Shown here piece after piece: positions 13,318 to 26,743 of a stretch of 64,000 bases of DNA. Source of the DNA: Octopus sinensis (taxonomy: Eukaryota). Position 1 is the first letter of the stretch, and each line of letters opens with the position of its first letter. The stretch spans positions 82,956,001-83,020,000 of the forward strand of contig NC_042997.1 in assembly GCF_006345805.1 (NCBI RefSeq), read 5' to 3'. Position numbers and translations under genes: made by a program. The notes beneath the pieces were generated by a model that did not search any database, was not told the DNA's origin, and saw only the letters and a list, made by a program, of their open reading frames with translations.

Positions 13318-13755
13318 CATTCTTTTACACGTTTCAGTCATTTGACAGCGGCCATGCTAGAGCACCGCCTTAAAGGCTTTTGGTCGAACAACTCCATCCC
13401 AGAACTTATCCTTTGTAAGCCCAGTATTTATTCTGTCGGTAATTTTGCCGAACTACTAAGTTACGGGGATAAGCACACCAACATCGATTGCCAAACGGTG
13501 GTGGTGGACACACACACACACACACACAGACACAGACACACACAAACACACACACACACACACACATACATACACATACATATATATATATATACTTTGG
13601 GCTTCTTTTCAGTTTCCGTCTACTAAATCCACTCAGAAGACCTTGGTTGGCCGAGGCTATAGTAGAAGACACTTGCCCAAGGTGCTATGCAGTGGGACTG
13701 AACCTGGAACCATGTAGTTGGGAAGTAAGAATCTTACCACACAGCCATGCCTATG
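13318..13755 (-). mobile_element. SINE family B
   Basis: Reverse complement of the 11570-12045 type, with internal (CA)n. Confidence 0.82.
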
Positions 13756-14399
13756 TAGTTAGAATTGATATCTGAATTAACCCTTGTACAAATCCCTGGA
13801 ACTATTGTTGTTACTGCCTTAGGCCAGAGTTACTGCCATACACCAAATATGATGGTGCTGACCTATCATCAAAGTTATTCCACTTGTGACAATCACAGTT
13901 TTAGAGATATTTAATATTACATTATCCTAATGTATTCCCCACCCCACACTAAAATGGCCAGATGAGCTTGTAGGAGGTTTGATTGCTATTTCAAGTAAGA
14001 TGAGAAATCGCATAGAGGTTCTCTAGTTGGTTCGAAACTTTAAGCTTTTATAAAACTAATACCCATGAAGGGTTTCTGCGTGGGGCACGTCATCGGGATA
14101 GAAATCTCTGGATAGGAGTCAAGCATAAAGGCTGATGGCATTGTTATAATGTTGGGTATACGATAGTAAGGTTGTATGTCGATTTCCGAATCGGGCAATG
14201 TATTGAGTCCTTGAGCAAGTTATGTCATTTCACGTTGCTCCAGTTCACACAATTAAAACTGAGTATCAGTAACTGACGCTAACCTTGCGACAAACTGGCC
14301 TTTCGTCCAGGAATAGGAATAGCAAATAGACGACACTATTTCGTTACTGAAAGGCGGGCCGTCATGATAGCCTGGACTTGATGATGGTGGTGGTGGTGG

Positions 14400-14446
<47 letters not shown>

Positions 14447-14650
14447 TAAGCTCTTCTAAAACATTTGGTTCCCATTTCTGATACGTGGGTATGACATGTT
14501 CAACATATAAGATTCAGCAAAACTCCGGTAGCACATTTGAGATAAAAAGCTTTAAACTCAATCACATTACCTGATTCACACAACCACTTTGTCCATGCTT
14601 GTAGATATTTATTTCTGTCTATAATTTACATAAGCAATTTTTAATTTCAG

Positions 14651-14745
14651 GAACACATGCAAACCTGGCGGATTATCTACAATGTCGGATACAGCACATC
14701 GCTATTTTCTTTGCTTGTTGCAATATTTATTATGATATACTTCAG
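14651..14745 (+). CDS. GPCR exon, TM1: EHMQTWRIIYNVGYSTSLFSLLVAIFIMIYF(R)
   Basis: tttcag|GAA...TTCAG|gtaaat, 95 nt, phase 0-2. IY-x-VGYS-x-S TM1 motif. Confidence 0.95.
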
Positions 14746-16448
14746 GTAAATCTGTATTTTATGTTTTGATTATCCTAGTTGGTAAATAATACTGAACTAT
14801 AAATATATTGGTGACAACTTTTGTTCTGTTGTTAATAAGATTTTTGAAGCCTTGATGACTTAGACTAATTAACTTGTTGATTTGATTTGAAGCCCTTCAA
14901 TGACTTGGAAAGAAATGGGCTCTGAGAAATTACCATGCTCTAACTACAATGTCGTTGTTCTCCAAACCAAATTCTGATGATTAGTGTTGCTGTTTAGCAA
15001 TTATTTAACCCTGATTGAGCAAAATTTTTGCCTCACCATCCAATTTATAATCCATACATTATGAATTAAGGGCTGACTCTATCTAATATGTCATTTCCGC
15101 TTTTAAGATGGTAAGGTGTGATTTGAGGGTGATTTGACGGATGATTAAGTAGTGGTGTTCACGTGTAAGTGAACTGCTAAATACGATATGGCTGTAATGG
15201 AGGTGTGACTTTTACGTCTGTTTGCATGTACTCACGATTATTGTTGCAAGACAAGGATTCATTTTTATATTCTATAGGCAGTTATGGAAATAAGTTTGAG
15301 CTACTGAGTATACGATAAACCAAGGTTAAAGCTCGGAGATTATCAAACCAGGGTTTGTGTGAAGTGATCTTTGATGGCCATTAGATTTCTTGAGTTAGCT
15401 TTAATCTCGTACATTCCATTCTATGAATACTCTAATATATCCAAGACCTTAAAGTAGCCCATCGATCATACATCATTATATAAAACTAATATTACTGGCA
15501 TCTCTTAATGGAGTAAAGGCAAAGGCTTCCCTACATTATCTGAAAGCAGCTCTATGGGAGTGTTCACAGCATCACAAAACTTTACAAATCACAACAAAAT
15601 ACACAAATAGCTGTACTCAGCGCAAAGTTACTAAACTTTGAACAATCGTTTGCAGAACTGCTGAAATTTTAATCGCTGATTCTGTACTAAAGTAACAAAT
15701 CTAATTTTCTAATAAAATACTGGCAAATCAAAAATCCTAGCGATATTGGATATTAACACAAATTAATTGCAAAATATTTTCCTTATCGAACACATTCGTT
15801 CTTTGAAAACTTCTCTAACTGAATATACTTCAGTTTTATTTTTATATCTAAACATATATAGAGAAGTGCCGATTATTTATATACGCCTTTTGCGATGAAA
15901 ATATCTGAAATTGAATTACAAAATAATCTATATAGTGAACAGCAAAACGCTGGATATTAAAAAAAAGGAGTTTTATTTTATAAAAAGCACTGTAGATTAT
16001 ATGTTTATTGAAAAACAGCAAATCAATGATATAGATAAGCAATTAAAGAACATATTGTTCTCGTTAAGCAATACGAATGTTTTTAAGTGATCGGCCGCCT
16101 TCATTCCTATGTGTTATTGCTCAATAATAACCACTCAAATTCTTTCTAGTAACTGATATAATATTAATCTGTTTCAAAATTTTTATTGGTACTAAATCAA
16201 AAGGACTCATTATTTTGATATATATTAGTCAAATTCATGTGATAATAAATGTAACTGCTTATATTTAAAGGTGGATAGTATTAAACTCTGTATTATAAAG
16301 GAGAAGCTAATCTCCGTCTGTCTGCCCGTCACAATGTATATGTTGAAGGAGGGAAGAAAAAGAGGGAAAAGGGGAGAAAACCCCTGTTGCGACGTATATT
16401 TACAAGGAAGGAAGGAGAAGAGAAAAAATTTTGAGAGAGAAATAGTGT

Positions 16449-16517
<69 letters not shown>

Positions 16518-17132
16518 TGTGTGTGTGTGAAAGATAGATATAGATAGATAGGTGGTGTTGTCACCACAGTAACTAAGTTTTGTTTAAAAACGCAGGAATT
16601 TTAAGTGGAAATCTGTCAGCAGAACGCAACGCAAACTTCACAAAAGTAACTACAGGTATACATATACACATAGTTACATTTTTTTGCGTGTGTGTTTTTG
16701 TATAGCTTTCAACATATAGACAACGCTACACAGATTTTAGAGAAAGGCTTTCACTAAAATGACAGGTTGTTATTGTTGTTGTCAAGCGAGAAATACAGTG
16801 AGAGAGAGAGAGAGGAGGGGAGAGGGGGAGAGTCTGTGCGTGTGTGTGTGTATAGGTGCATGTGAAAGACAGAATTAAAATTTGCTTCAAGAAAAAAGAA
16901 CAGGTTGTTATAACGAAGGATTTATTTCATCTTGAGTAACTCGTTTACTCGACAGCATGGCGACGGGTAATGACTAGTGGTTATCATATAAGTATTCGAT
17001 CCTGAGAGTATTTCGTATTTAATTTGGTACGCTAATCTTCGATATCAATAACTAAAACAAGTGAAAGATAAGAGATATTTTGAAGTTACATTTGAGTTTG
17101 TTGTCTCCTCGTTAGAAACATCTACCATTTTT

Positions 17133-17242
17133 ATTTACGTTATTTACATTTGACGGATATTTGTCCTCATCTTGTTCAGGTAACTTGAGGAAATTTCGAA
17201 CCTGGGTTCTCATTCCTTAAGTATTTTTCGATGTTGTTGTTG

Positions 17243-17317
<75 letters not shown>

Positions 17318-17495
17318 TTACTGCCTGGAATCGAACTCGGAATCTTGGGGTTAGTTGCCCGTGCTCTTAATCACTACGCCATATGCCCATGGGCGTATGG
17401 CGTAGTGGTTGTGTTAACAACAAACAAGATGAGGACAAATATCCATCAAATGTAAATAATGTACATAATTCCTCATCTCTTAAATATAGAACTTT
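17133..17495. mobile_element. Composite retroposon with tRNA-like head, (TAA)n, internal inversion and 13-bp TSD
   Basis: ATCTACCATTTTT at 17120-17132 and 17496-17508; 36-bp inverted repeat 17141-17176/17423-17458; hairpin 17372-17407. Confidence 0.8.
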
Positions 17496-18439
17496 ATCTA
17501 CCATTTTTGTTACATGAGACAAAAAAAATAACGAAGAAGTCTGCGAACTAACTGAAGAATTAAAAGAAGTTATGGGTTAACTTACAGTACTGTTATTGTC
17601 TTTTCTTTCTAATTTGATAAACAAGACACTTCATTCCCAACAAGGAGACTGCAAACTATACTGTAAATTGAAAAATAACTTGCATTTGTTTTTACTTAAA
17701 ATATCACGTCAAAGATACCTGATTGCAAACATGTTTACGACAAAAGTTATTACCCATAAGGTTTTGTGCCGAAATTAAACACTGCAAATTAACCCACGGT
17801 GAAACCGTTTACTGCAAAACTACCTGTTAAAAAAAGTTCATAAGATTTAACCGAGGGAGAAGAATGTTTCAAGGGTATTACTATCGTGTGAGTGAATATT
17901 CACATCCTTAGAGCTGAGGTATGATGACTGAAGATGAAGAACAGTAGATTAGCACCTATCTCCTTTCGCCATATCAAGTAAACTCGCTGATATTGATACA
18001 AGCGTCTCATATCAGTAGGATTACGACCAGGCAAGTGGTCACGGTTAACATACTAACGCGATTACTTCTTTAAAATTTCATGCTTTTTCTATTTTGTTCC
18101 GCAGTGGAATAACATACCCATATCACTATAAGTAAATTTTGTGTTTGAATACCTAATGAATTGATGTTAACGATGAATAATGAAATGCAAAATACAAAAT
18201 CTCTGCCCCCTCTCTCAAATGCATGGGAGTTTAGATGTGAGACCCATTGATACGGCTACATTCAACTTGACTTTACGTTCCTTTACTTCATCAGTCACAA
18301 AGCCTTCCAGAAGTCGCCCCTATCCCCTCACTTCCAACAGTCCAACCAGAACACTGAGCTGCTCTTAATGCATTTGATAATGCACATTAACCAATGTTGT
18401 GTTCTGACATGAGAAATGAATAAAATACGCAAGCATATA

Positions 18440-18615
18440 ATAATTGCTTCAAATTTTGTGGGTGGTATTTAGTCGATTCCACTGACTCCAGAACTTGACC
18501 GCTACTTTATTCTGTCGAAAGGTAAAAGAGACCTGAATTTGAATGCAGACCGTAAAGAGCCGGAAGAAATGCCTCTAAGTATGTTGTCCGACTCGCTAAT
18601 GATTCTGTCAGCTCG
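18440..18615 (-). mobile_element. SINE family A (diverged)
   Basis: ttcaaattttg...gtcgattcc...gaaaggtaaaag...gaatttgaat...ctcgctaatgattctgtcagctcgc. Confidence 0.7.
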
Positions 18616-19068
18616 CTGACGTATGCAAGTATATAATAATAGATATAATAAATAAACAAATAAATTTTTATTGAGTGAAACTTGACAAAAGATAGCTGTA
18701 CTAAAAGCATCTATTGGTAGACATTCAACATACGAAAAAAACAACAAAAAGCAGACTATAAATACTGGATATTGAGTATTAGGTATACGCTATACCCCCC
18801 GAGTACCCCTCCTATCATCCAATTTCCATCATTGTTTAAAGAATGTTGAAAGCAAGTTAATAGATTTTTAAATATAAAATTTCTATTAAAAACTAAGCTG
18901 ATATGGTGATGTTGAGTCTTAAATGTTCTTTTTCATGTGGGTTTTAGAGAACTTTGTGAATGTGCCGTATTTAAATTTGCAGAAGAAATTTCGCCTGTAT
19001 GCAAGAACTTTCCTGTGTCTTGGCTTGATATTCTCTTATTGGTTCGTCTACTACTACTACTACTACTA

Positions 19069-19112
<44 letters not shown>

Positions 19113-19163
19113 TACAATTTTTGCACTGTCTGAGTCATCTAATGCAAATTGTTTTACTTCCAG

Positions 19164-19332
19164 GAAGTTACATAATCATCGCAACACCATCCACAACAAC
19201 CTTTTCATCTCATTCATATTGCGCGCCACTGTTTGTCTTTTAAGAGACAATTTGTTTATTCAAGGTGTAGCCTTTGAATCGGATTTGGTTAAAAACGAAG
19301 ACGGACGCTTATATTTCAACGAAAATATTACA
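19164..19332 (+). CDS. GPCR exon, ICL1-TM2-ECL1: (R)KLHNHRNTIHNNLFISFILRATVCLLRDNLFIQGVAFESDLVKNEDGRLYFNENIT
   Basis: ttccag|G...ACA|gtaagt, 169 nt, phase 2-0. RN-x-IH-x-NLF-x-SF-x-LRA TM2 motif; the long ECL1 resembles invertebrate PTHR-like receptors. Confidence 0.95.
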
Positions 19333-19374
19333 GTAAGTTATTTCATATTTTGGCTTTATTATTAACTCTATTTA

Positions 19375-19575
19375 AGCACGCAGAACAAATGTTTTGCGGT
19401 ATTTCTTTCAATTATTTACATTTTGAGTTTCAAATTCTATCGAGGTGAACTTTAGCTTTCATTTCCTCGGAGGAGTAAATAAAAAAAATATACCACTTAA
19501 GTATTTGGGTCGATGTAATTGATTAGCTCCCTTTCCCCTATAATCACTTTATGCCTAATTTTGAAACCATTATTA
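19375..19575 (+). mobile_element. SINE family A (diverged)
   Basis: gagtttcaaattct...gcttt-cattt...gggtcgatgtaatt...ttttgaaacc. Confidence 0.65.
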
Positions 19576-20329
19576 AAACTGTTAGAAATAGATTGGCTAT
19601 GAGTGTCAGTCTTATAACCTTGCAGTATCTATTTTCTGTCCCCTTATATTCCAAGTTTAAATCTCACCGGGGTTGACAAAAGATTCCATCTCCCAGGAGC
19701 CAATAAAATAAGTACTAATCATACTGGAATAGATTATCCTTCTTTAAACTTGTTTTTAGCCTGTAACACCATAAAATATATTTATTAACATCGTTGAAGA
19801 TAGCGGATTAGCAGAAACAGTTGGGCGCCCGATTAATTACCTTTCAATACATAAGTTGTGTGCTGTGTCCAAATTATTTCCAGGGACGCCTCCGCTTTCA
19901 TCGCTTCAGGATCAATAATATCAATTAGAAGCACGTACCGGAATTCATTCTTTGACTATACACTTCTACAAATCCATGGTTTTGAGCAAAATTTAATATT
20001 CAAATCGAAGTTGAGGCGTGAACCTTACTGTAAGAAGTCATTACATTACTAGGTGAAAAAGCCACGTGACCATCACAGCGAGTCGCGCCAGTTCCCTTTC
20101 ACTAGTGTGTAAAATACGAGGAGATTTAACTATTCAAGAAATCAGTATGCGTAAGAGACATAAAGTAATGGAAATAACCTTGATATTAATTAACTGAAGA
20201 TAACTTTTCTAAATTACAATAATTATCTCCACATTCCATATTCTTTTAAAATTGCGATATAGATCTATCCACAGATAGTATACATTTAATATTATCCCAT
20301 TAAGCACTAAAATTAAAACCGTCTTATCA

Positions 20330-20700
20330 ATAACAAATGACAAACGCATAAATCCTCAAACAAACTACTATTGACTACTGTAATTTACAAATTCGATTGC
20401 AAACTTGTAAAATTCAAAACTCTGTTATATTGGTCAAATAGATATGACGTTCTCTTCCCCGCCTCCTACGAAGCCAGCTTATTACGTAGTTAAAACAAAG
20501 AACAATTACTTGGTACTCTAATGTAGAAATAAACTTTGTCGGAAAACATTTACATGCTATACAGAATTCATTTGTGGGCAACATTTCTATGCTATACAGA
20601 ATTTATCGGAAAAATAGATGCTAACTAATGAAACAATACTTATAGCACAAAGCAATACTAAAATTAACACAAAATCAACCTACACTATTCAACAACAGAA
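20330..20700 (+). mobile_element. Highly decayed Penelope-like GIY-YIG remnant
   Basis: Frameshifted VIYKFDCK-TCK...YIGQ motif near 20370-20440. Confidence 0.4.
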
Positions 20701-21090
20701 GTAAACACGTGACTCATATCGCATCGCTCAACAATGAAATTCCACTGGTAACATCTAAACGTTTATCTTACTAACAATGAAAAAAGTAGAATATTCACCA
20801 ACATCACTTCAACCGGAATATGAAAAGAAGACGACTTAGAAAATTTATGATGGATTTAGAAACTGCATCCTTCTAAAGCAAACTTTTTCGGACTTGCGTC
20901 CCCTTGACGTCCAGGTCACATTCCTTGCACCCTAAAACACCACCACAAACACAGGCGAATTTCTACTGCGTATTCAAAGCAACTGTTTTTCACAAATAAA
21001 ACTTAACCTAATTAATCCATTATTTTGGTGCTTTTACAATATGAAAGAGTAAATTTATATTTCGCCTGTAACTACGGTGTTTTCATAGTT

Positions 21091-22250
21091 TTAATGCGAT
21101 GGATGTACATTGTGCAAGGATATCAGCATCTCTACGTAAGGCTGAAACGTACTAAGAAGTAGCCTTAAATCCCCACGTTCAGTAATTTCCAGTATGATTC
21201 TTTGTCGAAGCAAAGAATCCGAGCAACTGCACAAAAGCCCCGCTCTAGAGATTATGATGTTGAGAAGGCAATAAATTACACCATGACTATGTTTCACAGT
21301 ACAAGGTAGCAGTCAGAAATGTCCTTTTGCAATAAAAAATCCTAACTTGATTTTTTGAACTTTGATTTCATATTTAAGTGAAACTAGGTTTTTCACCACT
21401 ACTTATGTTTACTCATTACTGATAGCTAGAAATTACCCAGACTTGTATTCTAATCAAAAGTAAATATCCTGAGAGCTGTCAGACATGTCTCTGTGCAGCT
21501 CATCCAGGTGTGAACAATACACTTGAATGTCATCATCTGGTATGCGCTTTTTCTTCTCCAATTCAGAGAGGCTCGGAAACTGGAAGAAATCATGACGGTT
21601 TATGTTACATTTGAATAACTGTAACCTGGAGAGAAACGTGGAGAGGGCTGATTTTACTTTGGTTAAGTTTAACCGCATTTCTAGTTGCAAATCATCTTCA
21701 TTGAATTTTGTGAGATATCTGTCATATCAGCAGTGTCATGCTTGATGTGTCTTGGTTCATCACAAAGAACAGAATAAGAGTCTGGAAAAAATTCAACAAC
21801 TGAGTAGAACATTTTTGTGAGTTTCCCTTTGACAGCCACCGAACTTCTGTATGCAACAACAAATGTTCAAAATCTTTCTCAGCAAAAGAGCTACTGAACC
21901 AGTAGTGAATTTATATAATTTCCTGCTTTGATTACAGTGCTCAACGATTTGTTTTTTAAGTTTGCCATTTAGGCTATTCGCAACCAGATGTTGTTTGTGA
22001 GTTACAGAGTGTGCTGAAAACATGCCAAGTATAAATTTTTCAAAAAACTGATGAAACAGCGATGACAATCTACCATTAATGGTGTTCTATCTATTGTTCA
22101 AATACGAAATACTGACTCCTCTATTGTACCTGTTTCTAGTTGTCTTACAAATAGTAGCTCTGAAACCAAACTTTAATCTTTGACGAAGCAAGCACAAGCA
22201 AGAAACATACTTTTATTGCTTAGCAAAAGGAGACCCATCTAATTGTAAGC
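21091..22250 (-). mobile_element. hAT (Charlie/Buster-like) transposase remnant
   Basis: HSVTHKQHLVA, FFQFPSLSEL...IPDDDIQVYCSHLDELH, and C-terminus ITERGDLRLLLSTFQP...LHNVHPSH. Confidence 0.85.
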
Positions 22251-23139
22251 TGAGTTTGGTTGTTCTAAGTATGTTGCACAATATATCTTCAATGTTATTG
22301 TAGTCCACATTTTGAAAAACTTGTATTATGTATTTTCAGAGAAAAGAATTTCTTACTTCTTCATTTTAATTTTCACGATTTAAAATCTAAAAAAGAAAAA
22401 AAGAAATTCCAATTTGTGCATGATAGCTTTTCCAATTTCTTTTTTTTTTCTGTAAAAATACTGATTATGAATGTTTCAAAATGTTGAATACTCCAATATG
22501 ACGAAGAAAAAAACAAAAACAGGTGATGGCCTTGTGTTCCAAAAGCATGGATTTAGAAGTTTTTAAAAAAGCTTGCTCGCGAGTGTTTTGAAATATGGGT
22601 TACTATAAAACGTGGAAAAAACCCCGAGAAATTCCAATTTATGTTAGACAGTTATTCCCAAAGTCCGATAAATATAAATTAGATGTCTGCTTTTTTAAAA
22701 TTCGTAATGTCAGTTTCTAAAACAGATATTTGAAAGAAAAAAAAAACTGTGAAAAACACTGATAAACAAAAAGAAAAAAAAAAGAAAAAGAAAGGAATAA
22801 AATAACTGGGCTGGTTAAATAGTGAGGTTCGGGTAGAAATCTACTACGAAAGCGTGTACTTCTTACAATACCCCACCAATTCTAAAAGAAAATTATTATA
22901 GTAATTTATATTTAAAATAACTAATTTCAATCAGTGTATGAGTCTGTTTAGTCAGACCTACTGTTTAAAGCAAATGTATGAAGACAAATTCTGAACTTAG
23001 AAAATTTCTAAAATTATTAGAAACCAATTTAAGTGACATTCACTGTCACTAATAATTACATTCATAAAATGCGTTAAAATAACTGCACAGTTCTTTACTT
23101 AGAACAAAAGTCAAAATACCAAATTACGGAAGATATCTT

Positions 23140-23338
23140 TATCGGTTTCAGTAATTAGATTGTGACCATGCTGGAGCATCGCCTTGAAGAAATTTTAGTC
23201 GAATGAATCGACCCCAGTGCCTTTTTTTTTAAACCTGGCACTTATTCTTTTGGTCACTTTTGCTGAATCGTTAAGTTGCGGGGACGTAACAACGTTTATA
23301 AAATCCAAATTTCTTACCCACAGCCATGCCTGCGCCTA
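23140..23338 (-). mobile_element. SINE family B, internally deleted
   Basis: Reverse tail catgctggagcatcgcc joined to head cccacagccatgcctgcgcc. Confidence 0.75.
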
Positions 23339-23489
23339 ACAAATATTTAAAAAGTTATGAAGAATTTCTCACCGTTACCTTAAAACTACATAATCACGAT
23401 AATAGCCGTACGAAATACAGTGAAGTCACATACACACACTATCTCTCACACACACAGTCACACACACATACATAATTTATATATATATC

Positions 23490-23735
23490 CTTTTATTCTT
23501 TTACTTTTTACGTTGTTTGAGTCATTTGACTGAGGCTATGCTGGAGCACCGCCTTGAAAGATTTTAGTAGAACAAATCGACTCCAAGACTTATTTTTAAG
23601 CTTAGTACTTTTTCTACCGGTCACTTTGCCGAACCGCTAAGTTACGAGGATGTAAACACACCAACACCAGTTGTGAAGCGGTTATGGGGGACAAATACAC
23701 ACGTACACACACACACAAATAATACATACATACAA

Positions 23736-23782
<47 letters not shown>

Positions 23783-23975
23783 GACGCATACAACAGACAC
23801 CAGCATTGGTAATCAAGCGGTGCTTGTGGGGGTAGGGAGACAAACACAGACACAAAGACGCACACATATATATATGGCAGGCTTCTTTCAGTTTCCGTCT
23901 ACCAAATCCACTCACAAGGCACGAGTCTATAGTAGAAGACACTTGCCCAAGGTGCCACGCAGAGGGACTGAACCA
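23490..23975 (-). mobile_element. SINE family B
   Basis: Reverse tail, internal microsatellite, acttgcccaaggtgccacgcag. Confidence 0.82.
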
Positions 23976-24149
23976 TATACGTATTCTTTTCATTTTGTTG
24001 TTTCTGTTGTCCTTGTTATTATTGTTGTTGACGTTGTTTTTGTTCAGTGTCATATATTTTCGTCTTTCTAGCGAGTTCTCTTGGGTATGTTATGACGAAC
24101 TTCACAAGTGAATCTTTCATTTATCATTTGATTATTTTTGTCCTTTGTT

Positions 24150-24375
24150 CTTGCTTGAAGTTAGTTTTAAAACAACATTTTTCAGATCGATTTTTAAACC
24201 CTATTTTCTAAACTTAGGTGTACCATTGAAAAATAAAGGGGAAGGGGGCATTGTCGTCTACCGCCCCCTTTTGGCCACCCATTATCGCCCCAATTTTCTT
24301 CAACGTCCCCCTCGACTGGATTTTTCAATCGCCCCCAGTAAGGTGGTACCGCTTACTTTACTTTGGGAACCACTG
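24150..24375 (-). mobile_element. hAT terminus (CAGTGGTTCCCAAA on minus), possibly the 5' end of the Buster-like element at 21.1-22.3 kb
   Basis: tttgggaaccactg at 24362-24375, with subterminal cgccccc repeats. Confidence 0.6.
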
Positions 24376-24475
24376 TGCTAAATAAACTGCGGGAAAAGTA
24401 TAGGCGAATATATATAAAGAAAAACACACCGTGTCTACATGGAAAACTGCTCCCTGGTTATACATATATGCCCGT

Positions 24476-24516
<41 letters not shown>

Positions 24517-25143
24517 TATGTGCATATAAATATATATATGTGTATATATATACACGTATATACACGCATATACACGCACACATTATGTATACTCATATTT
24601 GAATAGGCATGTAACTATCTATTTAACTATCTATCCTTGTACACACACACACAAACCCAGTAAGTAGAAAAATATTTATGCTTTTACCTACTAAAGATGA
24701 CTTCGCTTTCATTCCTTAAGAATCATATAAACTAAGTCCAAAGCAAGGTAATGAGATCAGCTAAAATACTTGAAAGAGGTTCTGTATCACAACCTCACTC
24801 TGCGGAATTAAGGAATTAAGGAATAACGGAATAAAGTATGATAAAGTTAAGGAATAACGGAATAAAAGTATAATATGGATAGATTCAGACAACTGTAATC
24901 AATCTCTGTATAGTATGAATGTATCCTCCACTAATATTTCCATATCTATTTTTGCTCTGATGTGTGATGCAGTGCCTTACAATTGCTTCTTGTAGGCGTA
25001 TTGCCAGCCATTGGGTGAGTGTCATATTTTTATGGAAACTATGGCAGTACGAGCCTGCAAGTTTAGAGCTTCCACTTTTGAAATCGATTTATTTTTGCAC
25101 TTCATAAAAAGCCATCGTTAATATGTAAACATTCTCGTTGCAG

Positions 25144-25300
25144 CATTGGCAGTGCAAACTGTTTTACACTTTCTTCTATTACTCACTACTGGCCAACTAC
25201 ACTTGGATCTTGGTCGAAGGGCTGTACATCCATGCTTTACTCTTCTGGTCTGTATTCAATAAGAAACATAACTTTTACTGTTATATTTCATTTGGATGGC
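25144..25300 (+). CDS. GPCR exon, TM3-ICL2: HWQCKLFYTFFYYSLLANYTWILVEGLYIHALLFWSVFNKKHNFYCYISFGW
   Basis: gttgcag|CAT...TGGC|gtaagt, 157 nt, phase 0-1. ANY-x-W-x-LVEGLY TM3 signature. Confidence 0.96.
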
Positions 25301-25622
25301 GTAAGTAAGCCTTAATTTTCTTATGATATTCTGAAGTTTCCTCATCCTCATTGATGTCGTCATTGTTGTTGTTGCTATCGTCCCTCAGCATTGAATCTCT
25401 CGCATTTGAGAAAGACATCTAATAGAAGTGGATGATTTAGCGGAGTGAGTTTCATGTAGAATGTATTATAATACAAACGCAGCCGTCATAATTTGGCTGT
25501 TATCAGAACCCAGAGCCAAGATCTAATGTTAAGGTAGACTGAGCTGATTAGTAACTCTGAATGAAACTGTTTTCCACAAAGATATTACTGCTTATAATTG
25601 GTCCCCTAACTTCCTGGTTATG

Positions 25623-25720
25623 TCAATCAATCACTCAATCAATCAATCAATCATTCAATCAATCAGTCAGTCAGTCAATCAACCAATCAATCAGTCAGTC
25701 AATCAATCAATCATTCATTC

Positions 25721-25768
<48 letters not shown>
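25623..25768. repeat. (TCAA)n tetranucleotide repeat
   Basis: Read directly from the sequence. Confidence 0.95.
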
Positions 25769-26660
25769 TGTATTTTATTTACCATAAGGCGTGTGGTGAT
25801 AGAGGATACTTTTGCTTTGCAGTAACTAAATCGGTAGTTAACAAACGTGTCACCAAATGTTGTGTTTGCGCTTACCACCTTCCCATATTGCGTCACGAAG
25901 GTAGGTACTAACCAAAAGTTTACATCATAACCAATTTATCTGTTGTGTCCTTTATCTTTTCCTTCGTAAATACTGCTGAACCAGCATATGAGCAGGTGGT
26001 CTCGCTTACAATTTGAGCTTAGGTTTTCGCCTTGTTCTCCGTTTTAGAAATTAAACATAAATTACTTTTGCTTTCACTTTCACTTAAAATATCTGCCAAA
26101 GCTGTCTCTAATTTGAGTTAAGATGAGATCAGAAAATTTACTGTGTTTTTCGCAAGATAGAGCCACGGTTTTTCCCTCCTATTGTGGAAGGTTGGTCTCA
26201 GGTTTGCGCACAAGGTGATTCAGAACATTCGTCTTTCGGGAAAATGCTTTATATGAAAGGTTTTCTTGCTGGGCAAAACATTAGTAAAAACCATTTCAAC
26301 GTTGTTTACATCTGAAACAATTCATGCATGCATGCTCTTGTTAAGGACAAAGTTGCTATTCAATTGACTTAGAACGACTGTTTTCCTTTTTATTTGTGCA
26401 TTGCGTTATAATGAAATTAGCATTCTGTCGTTTGCTTGCTTTCTGTGAGTGAACTGTATTATTGTGTATATTTCCCATTTTCTTTATGGAGGCGTGGTGT
26501 GAAATTGTCATGGCTGTTTTTTTTTTGTTGATGATGCGAAAAGAAGAAATACAATTTTGCTTAAAGAGAAAACACAAACTCTATTCCTTCTTTTGTCAGC
26601 CCTCAGTAAGGGCAGACCTCAAACTGTACGACGTTATCTGTATGCGAGTATTTTTGGCGC

Positions 26661-26742
<82 letters not shown>

Positions 26743-26743
<1 letters not shown>

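Noticed and set aside
16287-16978. Non-autonomous Helitron (ends CTAG-T)
   Set aside because: The 5' A-TC boundary and 3' hairpin are not clean; too weak to call.
17314-17388. tRNA gene
   Set aside because: A and B boxes are present, but the acceptor stem does not pair and it runs into (TAA)n; it is a SINE-type head.
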